This document shows positions 53,569 to 63,241 of a stretch of DNA of 64,000 nucleotides, in pieces. The DNA comes from Chiloscyllium plagiosum (taxonomy: Eukaryota), in the NCBI RefSeq assembly GCF_004010195.1, contig NC_057711.1, positions 17,080,719 through 17,144,718 of the forward strand, in the 5' to 3' direction. Under the pieces are notes generated by a model. It did not search any database. It was not told where the DNA came from and was given only the letters and a program-made list of their open reading frames with translations. Position numbers and translations under genes: made by a program. How positions within the stretch are numbered: the first letter of the stretch is position 1; each line of letters opens with the position of its first letter.

Positions 53569-54860
53569 ACATTGTAGTCGTCAATTGTAAGATTTCCTTA
53601 TGTGGCCGAGTAACAAATGGTGTTTGATAATGCTCCTATAAAGTGCCCTGAGACAGTTGTTCTATGTTAAATCACTATGTAATTGCAAGTTGTTGTTTAT
53701 GGAGACTATCTTATTTTCATTTATTGTGAATCGGCTCAGTACAGTTTAACTTCCAGTTAAGAGCAAAGTTATCCATGCCCAGATTCGTGATTGATGTCTA
53801 CAATCTGCATAGCAGATATGGCACAGCATCTGACATTCACTTCCTCCTGTTGGCAACTGCCTGCCCTGTGCTTGACACCTTCTCCTCGTGACATACAGCA
53901 CTGAGCTAGCACTTCAGATTCTGAGAATTCTTGGTGTGAACTCCTACTTTACCACATTATAGTGCAGTGGTTTCAAGCACCAACATGTTCTCCTGTTCAG
54001 TTCTAATTTTTTTTTAACTATAGCATATAGGGATTCTTTGAATACTACACAAGTTACTTATAATTTAGTGAAGGATCATATGAACTCAGAACTCTTGTAT
54101 AATAAATATTTACATAATAGAGGCCAAAACATGTCCCAATAAAAATGAATGGATGAGTATGAGTTCTCATGCATTCACTAGGCAGACTGGTCTCCCTCAG
54201 TGCCAGATTGACTTTACTTTTCATATCAATTCTTTGAAGTGAATGAAGGGAAGTACAATTCTAATGGAAAGGAAGAATGTCTGGACTTGAATTTCAAAGG
54301 GAAAAACTCCCATAAACATCCCACAATCATTATGGTTGCATCACGCTGTATTTTCAAGAGGTTTCCTTGTAATGACTGGAACTAATTGATTCATGCAAGG
54401 GTAAAGATTTCAAGGGGTGTGGCCAAAAGCTGAGATCCCCTACTCTGGGATTTGCTGTCTGTTTGATTCAGTCAGAAACAGTTGAAGCTGATTATGAGCT
54501 GAGGTGTGCTTCTAAAAGGGCAAAAGTGGATCCCAGCAGAAGAAGCAAGGATAAAGTCCTTTCGGGACTCATGCAGACAGTGTGTAGGCTGGAGCAAAGA
54601 CAAAAAGACAGTTAGAGGCAACCTTTCTTTCCCGACTCACGGTTAGATTGGCTTGGAAGTTTCCAACTATCAAGAGCATCATGGGCACTGGACTTGCAGC
54701 TAAATTAGTATTTGCATCTCCCTATCTTGAAATATCCCCTTTCTGACCCTGAGAATTGCAGTCAACATCATAAGTTTTTTTAATCGATCCATTGCAATTT
54801 ATTCACCAAGAAAAGGAATTGAGCGTGCAATGAATTCATGAAAAGCAATATATAAATGAA

Positions 54861-54985
54861 TTGGAGATGCCGGTGTTGGACTGGGGTGTACAAAATTAAA
54901 AATCACACAACACCAGGTTATAAAGCTAGTGTGCTTCCAATTAAACCTGTTGGACTATAACCTGGTGTTGTGTGATTTTGAACTT
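54861..54985. mobile_element. Palindromic derivative of a different probable PLE family
   Basis: AAAATCACACAACACCAGGTTATA and its inverse TATAACCTGGTGTTGTGTGATTTT, with a one-sided tail. 12-bp TSD TATATAAATGAA at 54849-54860 and 54986-54997. Confidence 0.75.
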
Positions 54986-55519
54986 TATATAAATGAAAGT
55001 ATTTTCACCCTTTGGTTTTCCCTTGTCTGGTCGAAGCCATCTTTCCTTTCTCACTTTGTGTTTGTATCTCTATCTTTGTTTTCAACAGAAGTCCCATTAT
55101 GTTATGTTGGCTGTTAAATAGTTCTCCTTGCTCTTTCCCCATTATCTCTGCAATTCCTTTCTCCTTCAGGTATCTCTGTGTATCACTTTCATACTCACTG
55201 TTACTTACTGTTGAATCTGTTTCCATCTCCCTTCAGCTGGAGCATTCAGTTCTAGAATAGGGCTTCTTTTCTTAGCACATTATTCTCCTCATTCATTATA
55301 CCAAAATGAATTCATCCTCAGTAAACTTAATTTGGTAAAATTCTTCCACTCTTGCACTCATACTTACCCAATACGTAACGTGCTTCCTCTGATTCAGAGG
55401 CTAGAAGCTTCCATCAGTGTCACCCAGCAACTAGAAGGTATAATGGGCTCAGTTCCAGTGACGGCTCCCTTCCCCCTGCACTGAGACTCCTTGCGTCTGT
55501 TCTGTTCTTCTCCCAAGAC

Positions 55520-55968
55520 AACATAGTTGTAGGATCCTTCAGTCCAACTCATCCATGCCAACACATTTGGCATTAATCGCATTTGCCAATATTTGGTCCA
55601 TATTCCTCTAAACTCATCCTATTCATATACCCACCCAGGTGCTTTTTAAGTGTTGTAATTGTACCAGCCTCCACCACTTCTTCTTACAGCTCTTTCCATA
55701 CACGCACCACCCTCTGCATGACAAATTTGCCCCTTTGGCCCCCTTTTAAATCTTTTCCCTCTCACCTAAACCTATGCCCACTAGTTCTGGACTCCCCTAT
55801 CTTGGGGAAAAGACCTTGGCTATTCACCCTATCCATGTACCTAATGGTTTTTTAAACCTCAAAAGGATCACCCCTCAGCCAATGACATTCCAGGGAAAAC
55901 AGCCCCACCTGATTCAACCTCTCACTGTAGCTCAAACCCTCCAACCCTGGCAACATGCTTGTAGACTT
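55520..55968 (-). mobile_element. CR1 3' fragment
   Basis: MLPGLEGLSYSERLNQVGLFSLE...RGD and a 3' UTR like the one at 14793. Confidence 0.9.
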
Positions 55969-57669
55969 CTTGAAAAAAGTGTAATAGGGTAGGAAGGCGC
56001 AGGGTTCAAATCTCTGTTCTCCATTATTGTACTTTTCTGAATGAAAACTTTCATGTTGAGATTTGGTGAAAATTGCTGCTTGTTTGAGGAAAAAAAAACA
56101 CACCTGCTAAGTTCAGCAGCATAATGTTTAGAGAATACTCAAATCGCTCTCTAGGATTTCAGTAGATAAGACTATAATATCCAGTTAAGTCCACCAAACA
56201 TTTGAGCAGCTGTTATAATGGACTTAAAGCAGAGTGATCTGAAGACAACATTATTGAGAATGACCCAATAATACAAACAGCTGCTCTGCTTGTGTACCTA
56301 TGATTCAGGATGATCGACTATAGAAAATTATTTTTCAATATCTAAAGCCTTTTTCCTTTTCGACTTCTAAAGTGAAAAAAAAAACTTTGCACAGAACATC
56401 CCGAACGTTGATGGATTGAAACTCTTTTGTGGGAGCGCCTTATTGCAAATGGGTCTCGGGTTCGAAATTCAGTTTGGTGACTGTCATCCCTCAGCTCTTG
56501 TAATGTTCTTCCTTTTTACCCTAGGTTTTGTTTTAAAAGTTGAATATAAGCAATAAAGCAGAATATTTCTGCCTGTTAAGTCACACAATGTATGGTATGA
56601 ACTCACTTGGGGCATGCATGGTAAGATGACAGCTGCTTTTTCTTAAATTTACTGTTGATAAAGAGCAGTAACATAAGTCAAGATAATAAATGTGTTTCCA
56701 TCAAGCCTATTTCCTTTTCCCCATGGTTCACTTCTAATGAGTGAGCACAGCAGTTCATGGAGGCACTAGCCTAAATGATTTATGAAAAGATTCAATTGCA
56801 TCATAAAATTCAACATCACATTAAGCAAAACATGGGTATATACATTTTAAGTAGAGTGATTCCAACATTTATTATCCCATATTATTAGCTATCATGAGTC
56901 AAAATGGCAGCTATGTATTTGTTGCTATGATATTCTTCCCTCGTGTAATTCTCCTCTTATGCATCAAAAAAGACCTTACACTGAACACAGGACAGAGTAC
57001 AGCCAGTCTTTCACCCCAAGGCAAGTGAGCAATTAGGAAGACAGAAGTTGGATGCCAAATTTAGACTAAAGACCTCATATCTGGAGCACAGAGCAAGAGA
57101 GAAAGAAACAACAGCCAGACCGTTAATTGACGGCCAGCATTCACTAGTATAAAGGGGCTGGTGACGGTAACCCAGAATAAAGCTCCTGTGCCGTACATTC
57201 ATCAAACAACAAACATTCCTTTGCCAAATGCTTTTGTATCTTCTCAAGAGCACCAGCATTTTCACATTTTTTTCTTTTTCTAAACAAATCACAATTTCTA
57301 AACAAATTGGAGACAGAAATCTGTACAGAAAAATGTAATCACTGGAGGAAAATAAAAGATATGGAAAAGGTGATGTACAGATTTAGAGAAAATGTTTTTC
57401 TAACAGGATAAATTGAAATATGTATACAGGTATATGACTATTAATGTCTACAATGTATCACTTTGTAAATTCACTTTACTGCTCTAAAAATAGGAAAATA
57501 TAAATTCTTTTTCATTTGAATTTAGACACTCATGATGTGCTAAGATAGTCATAAGAAAACATGAATTAGATTACAGCTACAAAGACAGTTCAAATACAAT
57601 CCACCCAGCGCAAATATTTCAAGCATTTTAAAATCAGAATTTTTACAACCATAAATCTGCATAATAAAG

Positions 57670-57775
57670 AGACACAAACATACACAACACATGTACATAC
57701 ACATATGTAGGAACATACATGCATGCACACACATACACATCCGCACATGTGATACAAATGCACACAATTCACAGA
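57670..57775. repeat. Imperfect CA/TA (minus-strand TG) alternating tract
   Basis: ACACAAACATACACAACACATGTACATACACATATG...CACACACATACAC. Confidence 0.85.
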
Positions 57776-57930
57776 CATTTAAGCAGTTTGTGAAAGAAAC
57801 AGAGAACAGACCAACTCACAGCTTCCAACTAATAACACATTTAACTTACAAATTTACCATGCATCTCAGCCAGATAAGAGCAGGGGAAAACAATAATCAT
57901 GCTTTTTGAAGTGTTTCCTTTAATCAATAC

Positions 57931-57967
57931 CTTTCTGTGTTTGCCCTTCTTCCATATTCTCTTCCAT
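57931..57967 (-). CDS. gpm6a: First coding exon of neuronal membrane glycoprotein M6-a (PLP/DM20 family; shark DM-beta)
   Basis: Minus strand reads ATGGAAGAGAATATGGAAGAAGGGCAAACACAGAAAG|gtattg = MEENMEEGQTQK plus a phase-1 G, matching the vertebrate GPM6A N-terminus MEENMEEGQTQKGCFECC. GT donor at 57930-57929. Kozak context gcaATGG. No upstream ATG on this strand for 195 nt. Lies in a repeat-free island. Confidence 0.93.
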
Positions 57968-59250
57968 TGCTGTCTGCTGTCAGTCCGAGATGCTGCACAG
58001 AATTAAACAAAAGCTTCAATTAGGAGCTTAGGAAGCGAGAGAGAGAAAAAAATTTCCTCTGGATCTTCCTTGTATCTGTGGCTTGGGCAAGTCCTCAGAG
58101 CTTGGCTCCTACTCTCTCTCACTCCCCTCCTTTGCCTCGAGATTGCTTGTCAAGTGTAATTTCATTCAAATTACTCTTCCGTGAAGATTATCAATTTTTC
58201 TCCTGAATACTGCCCATTGTGTACCACTGTAAGCATATATTGAGATGACTGAGCTTGCTGAATGCAGACACAACTTTGAATTCTGCTTTCCTCTTCAGAA
58301 TGATTTCAACAAATTGTGTTTTGTGCAGAATTTTGGTGACTTAGACGATGAGGAGGCTTTTTAGCATGGAGCATTTCTGGAAGGGGTGTGCCATTAACAT
58401 GAGAAAAGACCACCAACCCATCTCCCCCTCTTTCCACAGTGGGAAAGCCCGATTGCCTGTGGGCTTTTGTGCTGATCATTCTCACCCAGAGAAATATAGG
58501 GATTGTGTGCGTGTGTATGTTTATGTATGTGTGTGTGCCTGTTTTTCTACAAAAAGAAAGGAACGCAACTTGTAAAAGAAAAGTGTTTAGCTTGATCTGT
58601 TTGAAATTTGATGGCCATTGCTGGTGTCAAGTAATCCAGATCTCCATTGACAAGCTTATAAACCTCTCTAAATTGAACATCATTAGTCTGTCGACATCAT
58701 TACTGAATTTGAATAACTATTGCCTATTGCCAGTCAGGTTGCAGAGATAACTCCATGTGCTTGGAGCATCTGTTAAAAATGCACAGAAACTGCTTTTCCT
58801 TGCTGATTAGAACATTCTAATGGTACCTTGTAACACCAAAACTGGGTACATACATTACACCTCGATTAAATAACCACCTGCATATAGGTAGCATTTTACC
58901 CCACAACAGCAAATGAATTCTGCTACATATCTGCGGGTTGTTTTGGAAAAATATAATGAAAATTTCACCACAGGGTGCCCAGTCATTTGGGGAGCATTCT
59001 GTGGTGTGCATTCAAATGCAAATGACAGGGTATAATCTGGAAATAGATTCGCAATTTTACACTTTCGCCCAGAGTAATGGTGAGATGATAGATTGCGAAT
59101 AAAATCAGTACTTTTGAGTCGAAAGAATGATCATTTTGTTTCTGTGCAATGACGTCAATGCTGCAGAGGGTGTGGGTTTCAAACACTCCTTATATAATCC
59201 GTATTACAAGGTTAAAAATAATACATGCAAAGGGTGGCCATTTGAAGAAT
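57968..59250 (-). promoter_or_regulatory. gpm6a 5' UTR and proximal promoter region
   Basis: Repeat-free sequence immediately upstream of the ATG with a purine-rich leader. ATGCAAAT at 59016-59023 and TGACGTCA at 59150-59157. The TSS cannot be determined from sequence. Confidence 0.6.
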
Positions 59251-59496
59251 TTTTTTTGGTAGTAAGGGAGAGCCACAGTTAATTATTTCAAATGTTTTCA
59301 TGGTGGCATCCCTTTACAAATGTTGATACCCATAGTAGCACATATCCTTATCCTGATTACATTCTCAAACATTTTTAATGTCGGCCACATGTAACTGAAG
59401 TTTGTGCTGTAGGAAATACAGCTTTGTGTGTGTGCAGTATCTAAACCTAAATGGTAACCCATCAACAGTCATGTGATACCATAACAACCTAATGGT

Positions 59497-59677
59497 AGAA
59501 GATCTGAGGATTGCAGATGCTGGAGATCAGAGTCAAAAAGTGTGGCTCTGGAAAAGCACAGCAGGTCAGGCAGCATCCGAGGAGAACGAGAATCAACATT
59601 GATGTCAATATGTTGATTCTCCTGCTCCTCAGATGCTGCCTGACCCGCTGTGCTTTTCCAGCACCACAGCTTTCAGT
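59497..59677. mobile_element. Non-autonomous palindromic PLE derivative
   Basis: Inverted arms centred near 59604. Hammerhead core absent. Tail on the left. Confidence 0.85.
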
Positions 59678-59879
59678 CTGATGGTTGTGACTGCATTCCA
59701 GTTCATGTCCCGAGTAGAATCCTCCCCCAACCCTAGGCTTTTTGCCAAACCATATTGGAAGTCTAAGGTCAGATGAATGCAAACTTCAAAACAATAATGC
59801 ATGAGTGATACATGATCAAACTGACTGATCTGGATAAAGTACTCAGATTAGTATTTTCACAGTTTTACACAGAAATAAA

Positions 59880-60545
59880 GCCTAATTCTGTCAGTAATAT
59901 GGCACAGCACTCAAAGGAACAAGAAATGATTTCCAGATTACTCAGACCCCTTGGCATCATGGTAGCCCACAAACCTACCAACACACGTAAACAGTGACTG
60001 ATGAACCTAAAGGATCCATGAGGTACCACCAGCAAAATTAACATCATTTACAAGATACCATGCAAGAACTGTAAAAAACACTACATCGGACAAACTAGCA
60101 GGAAACTTGCCACCAGGCTACATGAACACCAACTGGCCACCAAAAGACATGACCCACTCTCACTAGTTTTTATACATACAGACAAAGAAGGGCACCACTT
60201 TGGGACAACACACACATCCAAGGACAGGTGAAACAAAACACGCACAATAATTCTTAGAGGCATGGCATTCTAACCAGAACTCCATCAAAAAACACATCGA
60301 TTTAGACCCGATCTACCTTCCCTTGAAAAAAAGAACTGGAAATGACATCACCCACCTTAAGAAACCAAGACCTATAAATAAAGAGGCAGGACATATCACT
60401 AGCACTTCACCAGAGAGTCTCATTGATGATGTTACTGATTATGGTGATGAAACATCTGAAAATAAACCGTCAAGCTCAGCAAGCTAATTTGCATACTTAA
60501 AATCAATCTCAGCTTTATATCTTCTCAAAAATCATTAACCATCAA
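59880..60545 (+). mobile_element. Penelope/Poseidon-type PLE 3' fragment with GIY-YIG domain
   Basis: Translates as RLLRPLGIMVAHKPTNT...NIIYKIPCKNCKKHYIGQTSRKLATRLHEH with stops. Decayed hammerhead TTGATGA-TGTTAC...GTGAT-GAAACATC at about 60421-60458. Confidence 0.88.
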
Positions 60546-60591
60546 CAAGTCTCAGTTCATCCAAATTATTGTAACATTAAATAATTGAGAA

Positions 60592-60905
60592 TGGGGAGGC
60601 GATGGCTTAGTAGTCTTGTCACTAGGTTGTTAATCCAATGTCCCAGGAAATGTTCTGGGTTTGAATTCTGCCACAGCAGATGGTGGAATTTGAATTCACT
60701 AAAAATCTGGAATTAAGAGTCTAATGATTCCATTGCCGATCATCAGGAAAAACATCCAACTCATTCACTAATATGCTTCAGGGAGAGAAACTACCATTCT
60801 TACCTAGTCTGGTCTACATGTAACTCCAGATCCACAACAGTATGGTTGAGTCTTAACTGTCTTGTGAGCAATAAGTATTGGCCCAGCCAGTGACCCTCAT
60901 CCCAA
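60592..60905 (+). mobile_element. tRNA-derived SINE, second family
   Basis: Full-length match to the 5691 copy. Confidence 0.85.
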
Positions 60906-61385
60906 TAACCATAACTCAAGAAGACCCTCTTCAGTAATTGAATAGTTGATAAATTTGGGCTATTGTTAATCTGACATTGAAATACTTTTGGATTTAATTT
61001 AAAGCACTTAAACTAAATCAGAAATTTAAAAACTGTATTATATAGTGTCTCTCAGCAGATGTGCATTTTACCTTTAAGTTAGAATCATTGCCACACTTTG
61101 GAAGAATCTAATACCATAAAACTCTTAGTCTCCATTTTCCTGAGCTCTGCTCTCCTGCACCTTGACATACTGAGGGAAGCATGCTGCAGTCTATCTGACC
61201 TGCTTAGTTTGAGCCCAGAGATGCAAATACCTGTGAAAGTAATGGACATATGTAGATACCAGGAACTGTCATAAAAAGTATATTGCATTCTTTATTACCA
61301 CATGGCCCGAATCTTCTCCTTATGGGAGCTAAAGTAAGTATCACAGAGCAATAATGGGAGACCATCAGTATATTTCACCACATCA

Positions 61386-61421
61386 AGTCCTGAAGAAGGG
61401 CTTATGCCTGAAACGTTGATT
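61386..61421 (+). ncRNA. Minimal type-I hammerhead ribozyme motif (best-preserved copy)
   Basis: Stem I AGUC/GAUU, core CUGAAGA, extra A, stem II GGGC-UUAU-GCCU, GAAAC, GUU triplet. Activity not shown. Confidence 0.6.
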
Positions 61422-61516
61422 CTCCTGCTCCTCGGATGCTGCCTGTCCTGCTGTGTTTTTCCAGCACCACATTTTTCAACTCTGGTCTCCAGCATCTGTA
61501 GTCCTCACTTTCTCCT
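61390..61516 (+). mobile_element. 127-bp PLE terminal unit beginning at the hammerhead core
   Basis: 13-bp TSD ACCACATCAAGTC at 61377-61389 and 61517-61529. Starts CTGAAGAAGGGCTTATGCCTGAAACGTTGATT. Confidence 0.9.
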
Positions 61517-61994
61517 ACCACATCAAGTCTTTCTACCACCTTGCATTATGAACTTTACCAGGTATTTTCAGTGTGTGCAGTCTATGCTGCACAATCTATC
61601 AAAACTTTCATTGTATTTTTTTTCATTATATATGCTGTAACCATTAAATTTGACACCATAGGGTTTACGCCTTATGGGAGATAGCAGATGAGAAAGAGCA
61701 ATGGGGGCAATGGTCCCAATTACTTCCAGCAGAGCATGGTCCTTGTTCAAACAGTCAGGAAAGTGAGCTGTCAGCAGAATGGGTAGTTCATGATGTTAAT
61801 CAGTGTCAAACCTTTTCTTTTAAGTACACAACCTGCCATTTTAGACTTTAAGCGTCTGTCCATACTTTATGTGAACTACTCCCAACTGAACATATATTCA
61901 ACAGCTCAAGGGAACCTCCACCAGTGACTTCCACTCAAATTTCAATTGCAATCATTTTGATTTTCTTTTGTTGCTGCAGATTTAGTGGTAGAAA

Positions 61995-62215
61995 TGAGAG
62001 ATATGGCATTGTGGTCGTATCACTGAATTAGTGTCCAGAGGCCTAAGGTAATGCTCAAGTGACAGAGGTTCAAATCCCCTTTCAGGAATATGATGAATTA
62101 TAATGCTCAACTCAGTAATTGTGACCATGATGGCTATTAATGATGGTTGTAAAAATCCAACTGATTCACTGATGACTTTCAGATGAAGAACTCCACCAGC
62201 CTTGACCAGTCTGGT
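61995..62215 (+). mobile_element. tRNA-derived SINE, second family, decayed
   Basis: GGTTCAAATCCC B box and GTGACCATGA...GTTGTAAAAATCCAACTGATTCACT. Confidence 0.7.
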
Positions 62216-62364
62216 AGACAGTGCTGTAGCTGGTAATTTACTACCCTTTGAAATATGCCCAATGGTGCTGGGTACCATCAGCACATTGCTCTGCTGCTGC
62301 CCATCACACTGAAGTCCACACCTGTGCATGCTAAGAAAGGATAAACTTGCAGATTGACGGACTG

Positions 62365-62755
62365 TTCTATGAGGAGAGATTGATTTGTAAGGCCTGTATT
62401 CACTCGAGTTTATAGGAATAAAAGAGGATCTGATTGAAATGTATAAAATTCTAAGAGGGCTGAACAGACTGGACGCAAGGATGATGTTTTCCTTGTCAGG
62501 GAGTCTAGAACCAGGGGACACAGTCTCAGGATAGAAGGCTGTCCATTTCAGACTGAGAGTTTCTTCACTCAAAGGGTACTGAGCATTTGGAATTCTCTAC
62601 CACAGAAAGTTATGGAGACCAGGTCACTGAATAGATTCAAGAAAGAGAGGAAGCAGGAATGAGACATTGAGATCAAGGATCAGCCATGATCATTCGAATG
62701 GCGGAGCAAGCTCCTCGGGCTAAATGACCTACTTCCTACCCCTTCATCCAATGTT
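62365..62755 (+). mobile_element. CR1 3' fragment
   Basis: YEE...GLYSLEF....EDLIEMYKILRGLNRLD motif and a CAGCCATGATCATTCGAATGGCGGAGCA 3' UTR. Confidence 0.85.
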
Positions 62756-63050
62756 TCTTTTTGAGAATTGTCTTTTGGGCTAAGGAAATACCCAAAGCTT
62801 AGAAGAAAACATTTTTAGTTTCAGCTTGGGACAGTTTCAGAAGCTTTAATTGAAGATTGATGTGTAAACTGGCTGTTGATGAAAAAGGGTTGCAGTTATG
62901 ACTGTTTATAAGATGATTATTTTAAACCTTCTGGGCTGGAACTGCCTGGTTAAAAACCTGAAGGGGTTATTTGAAGCTGTGAAAGATTAAGTTCAGTTGT
63001 ATGAATCCTCCAGAAAGAGGCTATCAGATTTTCTGACCAGGAATTGAAAT

Positions 63051-63241
63051 AGAAGAAAGTGGGGACTGTAGATGCTGGATATCAGTATCAAAAAATGTTG
63101 TACTAGAAAAGCACAGCACGTCAGGCAGCACCGGAGGAGCAGGAGAATCAGCATTTAAGGCTTATGCCTGAAACATCGATTCTCCTACTCCTCGGATGCT
63201 ACCTGACCTGCAGTGCTTTTCCAGCACCACACTTTTTTGCT
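63051..63241. mobile_element. Non-autonomous palindromic PLE derivative
   Basis: Inverted arms joined inside the hammerhead region (~63155). 14-bp TSD CCAGGAATTGAAAT at 63037-63050 and 63242-63255. Confidence 0.9.

Larger units (their letters stand above)
1..57930 (-). other. gpm6a: Probable intron 1 of gpm6a (continues beyond the left edge)
   Basis: Follows the GT donor. I found no exon-2 sequence (GCFECCIKCLGG...) by eye, and the region is dominated by retroelements. Small alternative exons cannot be excluded. Confidence 0.75.

Noticed and set aside
61982-62572. 196-aa ORF
   Set aside because: Antisense read-through of a CR1 fragment and a SINE.
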